A stretch of 64,000 bases of DNA. Source: Hyaloraphidium curvatum SAG 235-1. Its lineage: Eukaryota; Fungi; Monoblepharomycota. This document shows positions 33,367-46,004 of this stretch, in pieces. Positions within the stretch are counted from its first letter, which is position 1; each line of letters opens with the position of its first letter. Below the pieces are notes generated by a model. That model was not told where the DNA came from. It searched no databases and saw nothing but the letters and a program-made list of their open reading frames with translations. The DNA is taken from the NCBI GenBank assembly GCA_025558095.1, contig JAIVFI010000043.1:124001-188000 (forward strand). The letters are read 5' to 3'. The position numbers and the translations under genes were made by a program.

Positions 33367-35063
33367 TCAAGCACCTTGCTTGGCGACCAGCGCCGCCTTC
33401 TTCGCCTTCGCCTCTCGCCAAAGCACGGCCGCCTCAACCCACGCGATCATCCCCGCAGCCAGCATCGTGAAGCCGCCGAAGAGCTGCATTGGCAGGTAGT
33501 TGGTCGTCCGCGCCCCGTCCGGGGCGAACACCGAGTTGGCATCAAAGAGCGCGCCGGAGATGACGGGTCCCGTGAGGCCGCCGAACGAGCACCAGGCAAA
33601 GACGAGGCCGAGCGCTGATGCGTACTGCTTTGGAAAAGCCTCCGCCACCACCACGGGGAAGTATCCAAGATATCCTCCTGCGGCCACGAGACCAAATGCC
33701 ACTGCAAAAGTCATAAGGGAGCCAAGATTTTTGGAAAACGGCCAGATCAGCAGCTGGCACAGGGCTCCGAGAGTAATTGCGGCTGCAAAGTTCGGTGACG
33801 CGCCGAACCAGCGGGCCAGCGGCGCTTGGATTGGACGGAAGAGCAGGGCTGCGCCGTTCATGACCCCGACGAGCAACGAGCCGATGTTGGTCGCGAGCCC
33901 GAGGTCCGAGGCGTACTGCGGCAAGTAGTACTGGACGAAAGGAAGATCAGATTGGTTGGAAGTCAGCTCCCGCAATGGAATCTCACCGTCGGAACGTAGT
34001 ATCCAAAAGTGACGACGAGCCCGACGCCACTCAAGAGCCAGTAGTGGATCGAGCGGAAGAAGCTGGTGTCGATGAACGGCCCCCGCTTCGCCTTCGGCAT
34101 CCCGGTGTCCTTGGGTTTCAGAACCCACGTGCACAGCGAAAGCACGACGAAACCCATAGCCGCAAGGATCCGGTAAGTCCAGCGGAAGTCGATTCCATCG
34201 AGGAGGGCCTGGATAACCTGCGGCCAGATAAATCCGCCCACCCCTGAGCCCATGCCTGCCAAGCTGATCGCCAGGGTGCGGCGCGTGGTCCACCAGGTCA
34301 CCAGGACGCCACTAGCCGGGATATACAAGCATGCGACTCCGAGACCGTACAGCACGCCTTGGGAGAGGTACAGCTGCCACAGGGCGGTCGTGAAAGACGA
34401 CAGGAGCATGCTTATGGTGAAGAGCAGGGTCCCTGCGGCCAGGACGCGTTGGTGGCCCCACAGATCCGAGACCCGACCGACGAGGACGCCGAGGACAGTA
34501 CAGGAAGCGTAGGCGATCGACCCGACCCACGCGAGCTCCTTCTGCGTGGCATCACCGAAAGTCCCGTGTGTGTAGAAGTATCTTTGCCATATGCCTCCAG
34601 CAAAGATCGTTCCCCAGCCGAAGAGCGAGGCGGTGAAACTCGCGGCGACGATCGCCCACGCCCACGGCGGTTCTTTTTCCGGCGGTGGAGCAGCGGGAGT
34701 CGCGGCACCGTCGATGTCCAGCTCGTCCGTGAGCTTCCCTTGCTCGTCCTTTGCCTGACCTCCGGCGACGTCGGCCGCATTGTAGTCCGTGGCCGACGCG
34801 TCCGCGCACTTCACCGCATCGTCCTTGGAGCCGCCCTCCTCGACGGTCGAAGAGCTATCGGTGCCGTTCCCCGCGTCCTCGGCATCGTGCGAGCCCGGGA
34901 GCGCCGGCTTTGACTTGCTCGAGTCGACCGGCGACGAGGGCGCGGTGGTGTCCCCCACGCCCCCGACGTCTGCCGCCGACCGCGTCGGGTCCGGCGCGAG
35001 TTCGGCGGACATAAGTCTGTCCGAAATGACCGGCTCTGCCTGTCCGTCGCCGCCGCCGTCCAT
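33367..35063 (-). CDS. MFS monocarboxylate-transporter-like (MCH family); one intron near 33933-33999
   Basis: WAWAIVAASF, VGRVSDLWG, LWQLYLSQGVLYGLG, RRTLAISLAGMGSGVGG; about 12 TM segments. Confidence 0.85.
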
Positions 35064-35211
35064 TGGGAACAAAAGTGCGTGCGCCCTTTCCACTTGCCAC
35101 CGCCCGCCCCCGACGCAGTTCTCACTCCCTCCTCGGGCTCCTCTGCAGTCATCCTGCACCGATCATTACATCAACGGGTCAGCGAAGTGAGGCCGATTCT
35201 TTTCCGAAGCG

Positions 35212-36974
35212 TCACCGCATTACAGTCTGGGCCGGCCAGGGATCGATGCCCACGGCGCGGAGGAAGCCGTTCAGACGATCCACCCTCTCCATCGTGCAGA
35301 GCGTGCCCGACAACTGCGGATCTGGGTTGCTCCACAATCGTTCCGCCACGGCGCCCGCACGGGGCCACAGGACCTTGTCGATCACGCCGCTGTGCGTTTC
35401 TTCGGTCCAGATGCAGCCTTCTCCGCCGGCAAAGTTGGCCGGAGCGCCCTTCGTTGCCGGAATGGGAGCGTTGTAGGCGGTCGTAAACGAGATCGATCCC
35501 GTCCCCGGGTTCACCCATTGACCGGCAGAGAAGTCTGGATGAAGGCCGTGAGCAAACTTGCGGACATCTGCGGCAGTGCAACACCTACACCAGAAGTCTG
35601 CCACGGAGAAAAGGGTTCGGTAGCCATGATCCATGAGCCAACGGTACGAATTCAGCGACTTCCAAGCCTGGAGCAGCATCTTGCCCGAGCTTTTGGTCGG
35701 TATCACCGAGCCGTCGTCCGCGAAACCGTTTGCCTCGTTGACTCCCGACCCGGTGAGCTCGACCGGGCACACCAAGTCTTCCCAAGCAATCAGAGTCCGG
35801 CCCATCCTCTTGACGACCTCGGCGGTGATGAAGCCTTGGAACTGGCCCATTGTCTTGAGGAAGTCGTAGTCCTCTAGGTTCCGGCTGTGGTTCCACACCC
35901 ATTTGTGGACTTCGTCCTGGCCGCAATGGAAGGCCGGACAGCGCTGGAACGGGCCCCGAAGACCCCAATCGATGAGATTCCCGATGACCTGGTACGTCTC
36001 GCCGGCGAGTGCCTGCATCTGGCCTGCAGGCATGGAGCGGGAAGGATTGCCGCACATGATTTCCGGATCTGGGGGGACAAAGGTTCAGGAAATCGACAAA
36101 CCAAAGGCGATGGAGAGCACTGACGAGCAAGGTGGAAGATGTCCGTGCTGGCGGCATAGCACATCAGCCACAGCATGCCACAGAGTACTCAAAAGGGCAC
36201 TCACTGGCCGGGCATTTCAAACTCCGGTACGACGACCACTCCGCGCTTCTCGGCGTAGTCTACAAGCTCGGAAAGCTCCACCTCGGAATAGACTTGGTGG
36301 TTTCCAGCTTCATCCTTGAAGCAACCCCGCTTCCAGAGCTCGCCGGCACCATCTAGGCCCGGCCATTGAAGGGGAAACGACTGCGAGTCGTAGAGGTGCA
36401 AGTGCAGCCGGTTGAGCTTGACGACCTCCATCCCGTCAATCATCCTCTTCAAGACCGGCACGGGCATGAAATGCCGTGCCGTATCAATCATCACTCCGCG
36501 GTAAGAAAAGGCCGGTCTGTCCCGCTGGACAGAGAATGGCCGCACGGCCCAGAGCTTCGGGTTCGAAGGGTCGTCCACGGTAACCATCTGCGCAAATGTC
36601 GCGAGGGCGCGGAGCACGCCGACGGCACTCTGCGCCGTGATCGCAATGTCGCCCTCCGCAGGGACGTTGAGGGAGTAGTCCTCGCTAGCGTCTTCCCACG
36701 CCGAACGCGACGTTTCCACCACGATGACCGACAGCCCGATGGCAACGACGCCCGTGGTGAACGAGGAACCCGGAATGGGGTAGGCCGCGAGCAGACGGCG
36801 CGACAGGCGCGCGATGGCCTCCGCGATGTACTCGGACGCGGCGCCTGCCAGTTGCGCCGTGACGAGAGGCCGCAACGCGATGGTGCTGAACTGCCGCGGC
36901 GCGCTCCTTGAATCGAACGAGAACGACGCTGCGGCCGGGTTCGGGATCGGGAAGAAGCCGTGCTGTGGCTCCAT
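35212..36974 (-). CDS. Beta-hexosaminidase, GH20 (multi-exon; start uncertain)
   Basis: DRPAFSYRGVMIDTARHF, KLNRLHLHLYDSQSFP, VVPEFEMPG, FHCGQDEV, GGEGCIWTE, LWPRAGAVAERLWS. Confidence 0.85.
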
Positions 36975-37199
36975 TTGAACGCGCTTTCGGAGCCGATGCG
37001 GAGGGAGGGGTGGACCCTTCGCGCGACGCGATCGGCCAGCGGGTCGTCGCCATCATCGGACCTCCGGCCTGTTCGCAGCCAAGAATCTTGCAGCCAACGG
37101 CCGATGACAGTAGAAAAGCAGCAACGATTGGCTCATGTCAATGAGCTTGTAGCTATGGCACGCCACATCTATCAGATCCAACGACTCTACACAACTCAA

Positions 37200-40100
37200 T
37201 CAGCACGTCAGTCCGGTGACCGCGATCAGCATCGCGTTGATCGTGGTGGAAGAGTTGCCGCACGCAGCCGCCGAGGGGAGGCAGCTGCAGAACGCATCCC
37301 CTTTCAGGTTCATCGCGAACGGGGCCGTCACGTTCTTGGTCCTGCACCAGTTGTTGCATCCCGCGACGGTGTATTTCCCGGCGATAGATTGCACGGCACC
37401 GGAGCCGCACTGCAGGTCCGTCGCCACGTAGGTGTAGGCAGAGCAGTTGCTCGCCGGGTTCTGGAAGAAGCAGTCCTTGCCAAAGCCGTACGCCGGGTCG
37501 CCGCCGAACTGCGTCCGCGTGCACGGGATCGAGGCGGTGGAGCCGTAGTAGAGGTACCTCCACGATGTGCCGTAGCCGAACCTGACCCAGCCGCCCGCGG
37601 TTTTCGGCCTGCAGCCCCCGTTCTCGCTGGCGCACCAGGTCCAGGGCTCGGGCGCCAAGGTCTGCGTCGCCGTCGTGGTTGCGCTCCTGCTGGTCGAGGA
37701 CATCCTCGATATGGTGGTCGTTCGGCTCTTGGTCGAGGACCAGCGGGTGCTCGTCATCTTGGCCGACAGGGTTGACGACGTCTGGGTGAACGACGCGCTC
37801 GTTTCCGAGGTCGAGGATGTGGTCTCGGTGAGAGAAGAGGTGGTTTCCGAAAGGGACGACGTTGTCTGCGTCTCGCTGCTCGTAGAAGGCGTTTCGCTGG
37901 TCGTCAAGGTCTGCGAGGTCTGGCAAACACAATTCAGTTCAAGAGAACGGCTAGCAACTGGCCCCTGAACTGCTCACCGTCGTCGACGTTTGCGTTTCGC
38001 TGGTCGTGGACGTCGTCTCGGTGGTCGTAGCAGTCTGGGAAGTCTGCATTGCAACCGTCAGTCGGAAGGGCCACCGGGGTCCAGGGGAGGGCATGCTTAC
38101 GGTGGTGGGTGTCTGAGTCTCGCTGGTTGTCAAGGACGTGGTCGTCAGCGTGGTCTTGGAGCAACTGTCAGACCGGAAAAATGCGCGCAAGCCCGGCAAT
38201 CCTACCGTCGGCGTGGCCGTGGTCGTCATCCGCCCGATGCTGACTGATCCGCGTCCTGTTGTCCGGCTGGTTCCTCGCGAACGAGACCGAATGCAGGGTG
38301 CCGTCGGCGAACAGCACGCTCAGCACGGATCGGTCGCCGTTCCAGGTGGTCGTCGGCAGCGGCGAGCCGTCCATGTACGGGAACAGGAGCACGGTGTAGT
38401 CCGGGGTGACAACGTTGTCGCGCTGGATGATGATCCGGTTCGTCTGCACGCGCACGTAGCCCCCGTTGGGGTTGTTGTTGTCGATCCCGTAGGTGAGGTA
38501 CGAGATGTTCTGCCCCGGCGGCCTCGAGTCGAGGAAGATGGCCGGCTGCGACGGGTCCGCCGCGTGCTGGCCCAGGTCCCGCACCATGAGCCTGGCCCGG
38601 CCGGCGGCGTCGTCGATGGGCGAGTGCCAGAAGTGCGCCTCGCTGCGCGTAGCGTTGGGCCGCATCCGAAGCGACGAGTAGACCCCGCGGCCGGCTGAAT
38701 CGACAAAGTAGCGCGAGAGGCCGGGCGCGAAGCCCTCGGCCGAATTGATGGACCAGCGCCAGCTCTGCGCGGTGTTGTCCTTGCGGACGTTGTCGTGCAC
38801 AATGACGTAGGGCTGAGCGCCGCGCACGAGCACCAGCGTGCGGATGGCAAAGTCGAGCGGGTTGAAGGTCAGGTTGCGCACCATGAGGGGTTGCTGCGCC
38901 GGGGGCGAGTCAGCCAGGAAGACGCACAGCAGGCGATTGCAAACCCACCGCAAAGGTCGCGTTGTAGGTCGCATCATACTTGTTCAGGTAGTCCATGACG
39001 CCGGGCCAGAGGAACGAGCTCCTCGGGATCCCCGTCGAAAACTGCGTCCCGGCGCTGTAGGTCGCCATCCCGTAGCGGTACGCCGCCGAAGCGTCCCCGG
39101 CCACCAGCGCCCACGAGCCCTGGTCCGTGAGCTCGAGGATCCGTCCGGGTGGGGTGGGGAAGTTCCCAGTGCGGTTGGGATTCTGGTAGTACGAAGAGGG
39201 CGACAGGCCGATGTAGCCTTCCTCCGAACCGGGATTCGGGAGCGCCGGGTCCTTGACGGTGATTGCTGATGGCGTCGGTAGTGTCAGCGGCCGCATGTGT
39301 TCGCGAAATCCCCCCATAAACCCGCATTTGTCGAGACCCTGTGGATCACCCGCCCTCCGACCCCCGCTCCCCCACCCTCCTCCACCGGCCGCACCGCGTC
39401 CGCCGGGCCCGGAGAAGCACCGTGCCGTGCAGATTCCCGGTCAGGTCGAGCAGCCATTCCGAATCGGGCGCGTCGAGGAAGGAAGTCTCTTTGATGAAGC
39501 CCGCATTGGCGATGACCACGTCGCAGCGGCCGCCGAACGCGTCCAGGGCGGAGGAGAACGCGCGGCGAACGGATTCGAGGTCGTTGATGTCCATCTTCTC
39601 GAACCGGAGGTCTGCCTCGGATACCCCGAACTTTTCCCTCAGCTCCGCCAGCACCGTCGCCGCCGTCTTTTCATTCCTGTTGGCGATGGTCAGCCTCGCG
39701 CCCTTAGAGAGCAACCGCTCGGCTATGGCGCGGCCGATGCCCTGCGAGATGCCGCGTTAGGGCGGCAGGCGCGCCCGGCGCGGGATCGGAGTCACCTCGG
39801 TGCCTCCGGTGAGGAACACGACTCGTCCTCGCACGTCGAACGGCATCGTGAGCAGGATCGCGACGGACGTGATGCGACGATCGGGCGATCACTTCCGGCG
39901 CACGCAATCCGCAGGACGGGCTCTACACCCTCACCGAACGCACGGGCGAGGATGCGCGCACGCGGCTGATTGCGGCAGTGGAGCGCGTGATCGTCGCGCC
40001 CCGCGATCCCGCCCGCGCAGCAGCCGCAAATCAGACGGATGCATCGAGAGTGTCCAGTTCGGCGCATGGGCGGTGGGACAGAAAGAGCCAGACGCGGTAT

Positions 40101-42276
40101 CTCGTCGATCCTGCAAATCAGGCTGGCCGCAAAAGTGCCTGCGCCTCCAAGCGGGTCCGGTATTGATAACCGCGCGCCATATTCACAATGCCCAGCTGTG
40201 AGACCCAGATCGCTCCACAGTGGCTTCACCCGTGATGCGATGATGCGATCGACGCCGACCACCCGACATTCCTCGGGTTCGGGTTGCCGCGTCGGAGGCC
40301 CGACAGCGGCAATCCGACACCGCCCGCAACACAGCAATCGCCGTTTCGCAGCTGTTTGCCGGCTCGCTCCGCACGTCTTCCGGAGTGGGTGGATCACCGA
40401 CTGATCACCAGTCCGTCCGACTACCCGGCCTGTGATTCGGCCTGCGATTCGCTCCGCTTGGCGCATCGCCAAAACCGATGCGGATCGATCCCCCAGAACG
40501 CGGCGTGCCACGGATCCCGGTTCATGGTGGGCAAGTACGCCCGCCAGACGTAGTCCACAAGCGGGTCGTCCGGGTACATGTACTTGAGCATGATGGGCAC
40601 CGTGCCGCGCTGCCCGAAGCCGCCCGAGTCGTGGTGGTCGTAGAAGCCTAGGGTGGTGTTGCCCAGGCCGGCCGAGGAGGTGATCAGGCCCTCGGAGGGG
40701 TGGATGGCCTGCAGCGCGTGCAGACAGGTCTGGTACATGTGCGTGGTGATGAACAGGTTCTCGCCCCGGCGGGCAAAGGCGAACATGGTCGGGAAAAGGT
40801 ACTTTCCGGTGAGGCCATAGTAAGCCAGGTGGGTCGCGACAAGCCCCCAGGGCGTCGTGAACCACTGCACGAGCCAGGCGATCTCGCGCTCGATGGCGTC
40901 GACCGAGGCCACCGTCGCGAGAGGCCAGGCAGCGGGGTCCGTGGAGTTGGCCATTGCCACCCAGCGCGCCTGCGCGGAGTTGTTGGCGGCGCGGCCAAAG
41001 AAGTTGGCGATGACGGGGTCCACGGCCGACTCTTCGCCTTCTATGGCGAGCGAGGGGAGGATCATCTGCTCGTTCATGTTGGTAAAGTCTGGAGCGAGTA
41101 CCAGTAGTCAGATCGCGAACTGCAGAACCAAGCAGAACACGAACCTCCGTTCATGTCGATCGCGCGCCTCGGCCGGCCCCGGTTGGGCGTGTTGCTCGTG
41201 ACGTAGCCGGCCGGTGCCTGGTGCCTGCCCCACGAGGCCGCGTACATCAGGTTCCGCACCGGCCTTCGCTGTTCGTCGGTCATGTAGTTATACAGCAGGT
41301 CGTAGGCGGTCGCGATCTCGCTGATGGCAGGCGAGGTCGTCTGCTCGCCGATCACGGCCAGGCCGGTTATGGCCAGCGGGTTCGTGGCGTTGGTGATGGG
41401 GTTGCGCTGGTTGATGACGACGCTGCCGTTCGAGGTGTCGAAGTTCTGGCTGATGTAGATCCTGGCGCCGGCCGACAGGAGCGTCGAAAGGTAGGCGCCG
41501 CGGGCGGCCGCTGCCGGGGTCGGCGCGATCCTGGGGTCGTTCTGCAGCCACAGGACGGAGGCGGCAGACAGCACCATGGAGAAGAAGCTTCCGCTGGCCT
41601 CGGAGACCAGGATGCCGTCGGCAGCAAGGGTCGTGGAGACGTTGGGCGGGGTACCGGTAAAGTTGCCCGCGGCCCAGGCTGTGAGTGCCGCCGCAGCCTG
41701 GCCGATTGCCGAGGTGTTCCGATCAATCGAGTTGGCGACCCAGCTGCTCATGGTGGTCGCGCCCCAGCGAGCAACCCTCCCCGAGGCAGCCCGCGAGCTG
41801 ATCTCGGGCCAGTCCTGCACGGTGAAGAACAGCCGCGGGTGCTCGAATGCCGGTGGGTTGCGCGAGAGCACGCGCACCGACGTCGGCGGGTTCACGGCGG
41901 GGCCCGTTCCGAGCGGCAGGCCGGCCGACATCGAGCCGCGCGCGTCCCAGACCTGCACCCACGCGTCGGCGGTGACATTCTCGGGGCCGTTCCGCACGGT
42001 GACGCGGAATTGGTACGTGCCCGGCGCGGGGAGGGTGGCGGTGATGGCGGGTCCGGCTAGCGGGGTCAAGGACGCGGCGGCGCGCACGCCCAGGGGGTTC
42101 AGCGGCGGAGCGCGGACCGGCTGGAGCCAGAAGGCGGCGGCGGGGTCGAGTCCGGCGGTGAAGTTGGCGAAGAGCGCGACCTGCGTGGACGGCCCGCCGA
42201 AGCTGACGATCGCCGGTTGCGCCCACGCGAGGACAGCCGCGCCCGCGACGGCGAGCTGCCGCGCAATTACGACCAT
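37200..42276 (-). pseudogene. Large secreted heparinase II/III-like (polysaccharide-lyase-type) protein with PKD-like N-terminal domain, S/T micro-exon stalk and Cys-rich C-terminal lectin-like module; interrupted at 39340-40481
   Basis: Signal MVVIARQLAVAGAAVLAWAQP, PGTYQFRVTV, EHPRLFFT, AYDLLYNYMTDEQR, KYMYPDDPLVDYVW, RTLVLVRGAQPYVIVHDNVRKD, WCASENGGC...CTRTQFGGDPAYGFGKDC. Confidence 0.55.
39413..40481 (-). pseudogene. Inserted partial copy (promoter, exon 1, intron and start of exon 2) of the SDR gene at 49442-50413
   Basis: Direct-orientation match to about 49983-50951. MPFDVRG...NLHGTVLL, then truncated before the YxxxK motif. Confidence 0.9.
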
Positions 42277-42776
42277 GGCGAATGCCGCGGCGCGAGCAGG
42301 GCGGATGAATGGCGGGATGGAAGGCTGGAAGTGGAATCGCGGGATCGCGGACAGCACCGCCCGACGAGCCCGACGGGGACGCAATTCGAGGATCGGTGCG
42401 GTAATGACGTTCCACACCAGAAGTCCGCCTGCTTTCGGGGCCCCGAAAATGCAATCAGCTTCTAGCCTGCCATTCAATGTTCTCGTCTGGCGGCAGCCGA
42501 GGCCCGTCGCGGCCGTCGCAGGCGAGGAATCGCACTCCTTCATAGCCTGGGCTGTGCCGTCGCCGGCGTCGGCGACGTAACGGCCCAGGCCCAAATCGCT
42601 GTCCGGCGGCACCGCCAACCGATTCGATTTCGCACCGCCAGCTTCAGCCTCAGGCAACACAGGATGACGAGTAAGCCGCGCCGCTACTGAACCAAGAAGT
42701 CGGATGACGACACGGAGAGCCAGCATTTGGCATCCCACTTCTCATCCCAACCTGGCATTGAGGACTGTACAGAGCT

Positions 42777-43897
42777 TCACCCATCAGTCGCCTGCCCGCT
42801 CTTCTGCGCGTCGCAGTTTTTCTTGTGGACCTTCCAATCGGCCACCTGGCACTCACGGCTGCAGTACCTTGCGCCTTTGCACCTCCCACACCGACTGAGT
42901 TTCGACCGTTCCAGTTCGCGGAAGCAATTGTTGCACATCATGGTGACTGCCAACTTCAGGCCCGAAATTGCGCCGAAAGCCTGCTTCAGGAGCTTCGGTA
43001 CCCGTACGGAGCAGTCCGGGGAATGGCAGCAGGGCGCTGTGAACACCCACACCTGCCCGTTCCTTTTGTCCACTGGGGGAGTGCTGTCCTCGGTCGAGTA
43101 CTGCCACACGGAGTGCACCTGCACCGTTCTCTTGCCGCAGGCCAAGCAGGGGTTCCGGACAGCCGACCCAGGCTTTCCGCCGGCCTCGGGCTTCACAGCG
43201 TCCGCGAGAGCGGGGCGCGCAAAGTCGGTTTCGGCGACAAACACCGTCGCAATCCTCATGGGTTGCAATTCCGATTCTTGGGGGGCGCGCAGCGACTCGG
43301 CCAACCAGGGCGCCGCGATTGTCGGCCGCATGCGACGCAGGGGCTTCGGAAGGGGGAGCCACCGCGAGGCTCCCCGCTTTCGGGCTTCACCACCTGGGCC
43401 AGCGATGGGCGGGCCAGGTCCTTTTCGAGGGCGAAAGTCTCGACCTGGACCGATGCGAAATCTTCGCTCTCGGTCCCGCGCAGCTCCGGGCCGAGGGTCG
43501 GCAACACGAAGAGCATGTGCGGCGCGGTTGTTCCGCGAAGGTGGGGCAATCCTGGAACCTCGCCCGTCTTGTCGGAACCAGTTCTCTCGTCCTCGCTCCG
43601 AAATATAACCGTGGATGCGCACAAGCTGAAGATCAATCCGAAATGCTCGTTCGGGAACCTCCGCAGAAAGCAATAGCGCAGGAACCCGCGACACACGGCC
43701 ATCGACGTCGGCGAAGTGGGTATTGACTCTGTTACCGTTTCCAGGGCCGCGATGTTTGCCTCCAGGGCCGGGTGGTTGGCCACGAGCGAGGTCACCAAAT
43801 CGAGAATCCCGGGAATGCCGTCCGAACCGTCCGGGAGCCGCTCGCAAATGGGGAAATCGATGCTGTTGATGAAGCGGCCATAGAGTGTGTCGTCCAT
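42777..43897 (-). pseudogene. zf-MYND protein locus, apparently an out-of-frame chimera of two paralogs
   Basis: CNNC...CGRCKGARYCSRECQVADWKVHKKNC MYND finger. A homologous segment (D[L/F]ARP.LA..VKPE.G...R.PC.ACG) occurs twice in different frames. Confidence 0.6.
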
Positions 43898-44200
43898 TGT
43901 GCTATACAGCCGCCGAAGCGGCGCTACGACGGGCAGAAGGAGAACACGAATGAAGGGGGATAGCGGGGGGGATTCCTTTCGGTCTTCGCCAACTTCTGCA
44001 AAGCAGGGCAGCACACAACTCTACGGATATCGTAATGTACAGCAATCAGCGAATGCAATTGAAACAAATGCTCTTCGACAACTCCGGCTCCCATTCGGTG
44101 AGCCGTGAGCCCGAGAGCACCAGGATGAACGGCAATCCCGGGTATCGCCGTCCTAAGACCCAATCAGGTATCGCAGTCCCAATCACGACCATGGCAGGGT

Positions 44201-45000
44201 CTACGCCTTCCACGAGCTCGTCGCCGGCTCCTCGTCCCTCCACTCCCTCTTGTCCTTCCGAGACGCGATCTCGCGCGACCAACGCGTGAGCTCGTCCAGC
44301 AGCGCGCTCCGAACCAGCGGCGGGAGAACGTAGGAAACGACTGGATTGGATGCCAGCAGACGAAGCCGAGGCACGTGCGGCTGCGGCATAACCGAGGCAT
44401 CAGCGCCGGCCGGCCAAGAGAAGAACTTCGAGCTGCCCACCTCGATGGCGTCCCATCCCACGGCGTTCCCACTCAGCTCCCCGAGCCTGACCAGCACGGC
44501 CATCAACAACACCCTCCACTCGACCCGGTGGTCGTCGCCCTCGTCCGCCGTGACGAAGCTGGCATCGTCGGGAGCGAGCGACACCGAAGAAACCGAGCGA
44601 GTCGACGACGGCGAGCCCGAAAAGGAGGCGCTCGCGGCGCTGGAATGAGCCGCGGCAAGCCGGCGCAGGGCCGATTTCGCGGAGGGCGACAGAGGCGCCA
44701 GGTGGTCGAGAACTCGCGAGGTCGCGCCGCTAACACCGGCGCAAGGTGGGGCCGAGGTGAGGCTCCCCAGTTCAGGGGGCCGCAAAACTCTGCGATTCAC
44801 CTGTATTCCTCCACGATGACCGTGAGGGTTTCGACCAGAGAGGTCCACAGCTCCGAGAGGGACGGCCGCCAGCTTTCCTGCGCAAGGACCGGCGCGGCTG
44901 CCGTCTTCGAGGGCGCCCGCGCCGGCGGCAGACCGTCGCGAGGAAGAGTATAAGAAGACGTCGTCAGCGTCGTTTGGGAGACGAGAGGCCGCGGCGCCAT
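44201..45000 (-). CDS. Hypothetical protein (at least 2 exons; 5' end uncertain)
   Basis: Protein-like ORF pieces (WRPSLSELWTSLVETL; VEWRVLLMAVLVRLGEL) with a plausible intron near 44740-44800. Confidence 0.4.
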
Positions 45001-46004
45001 GGTGCCGGGATGCGGTGAGAGAAAGCGGTTGGGACGGCGGGTGGACCGAGCTCCGCCGCACGCCCTTTCACATGTACCGTACCCGCGAGGAGCGCGGCTC
45101 CCATGCTCATCGTATATGTAGACAGCAAAAACAACCGGAAGCTGGGGCTGCTATCTATCTCCAACAAAATTGTGGATGCCAAGATCCCATGGATCCTTTG
45201 AGTCGTTCGTGGGTGCCAGCGAACCATAGACCGAGGGCCTTCGGGCCATGAAAACTCGCGACTCGCTCGAATAGCCAAGCGCATACACGAGTATAGATGC
45301 TGGGATACGACTCTTGTGCGAGTTCAACTGATGACGTGTGTGTTGTCGTGCAGCGTTTCATCTTTGCCCAGGCCGAATCATCGGGATACGCCAGTGATGA
45401 CCTTACGCTCGATTAGCACAAGATTGTTCTGATACATTATGGTTTGAGGGAGGAAGCCCAGGTCCCCTCTCGCAGGCTTCTGGATGGGAGACATCCTGGG
45501 GCTAAGATCACCAAGATCACATTAGGCACCTACGCGAAATTCGCCTCTTGTTGCATCAATTGGTCCTCCATCATTCCCGTCTTCTCACACGCTAACCCAA
45601 AGATGCAGATTCATGGCGCCATTTTTCGCCACGGGGGCATTGAGCGATTTTCGCCGGCCGCAGGTCGCCGCATTCGGGCCCGTGCTGTGCTGCGAGAAAC
45701 TCGCGGCCTCCGCAACAAATCTCGCGCCACTCCCAACCCGAGCTGCAGTCCAGTGCGCCCGTAAAAGAAGGTGGGGAAACCCGATGTCATTTTCCCGCCC
45801 TTATCTGACGCGTCGCGATGCCCGTCGCTCCCGCGCGCCGTCCATGACGCGGACACCGCCCGCTGTGGCCATCATCCCCGCCGGCCGCCCCCCAACGCGC
45901 TACATCGCCGCGACGCCCATCCATTCGCGCCGGCCGCTCGTGATGCGCGATACGCGACCGCCTTCTCCGCTCGCTGCCCTCGCGTTCTCGCCCTCGCCCG
46001 AAGG

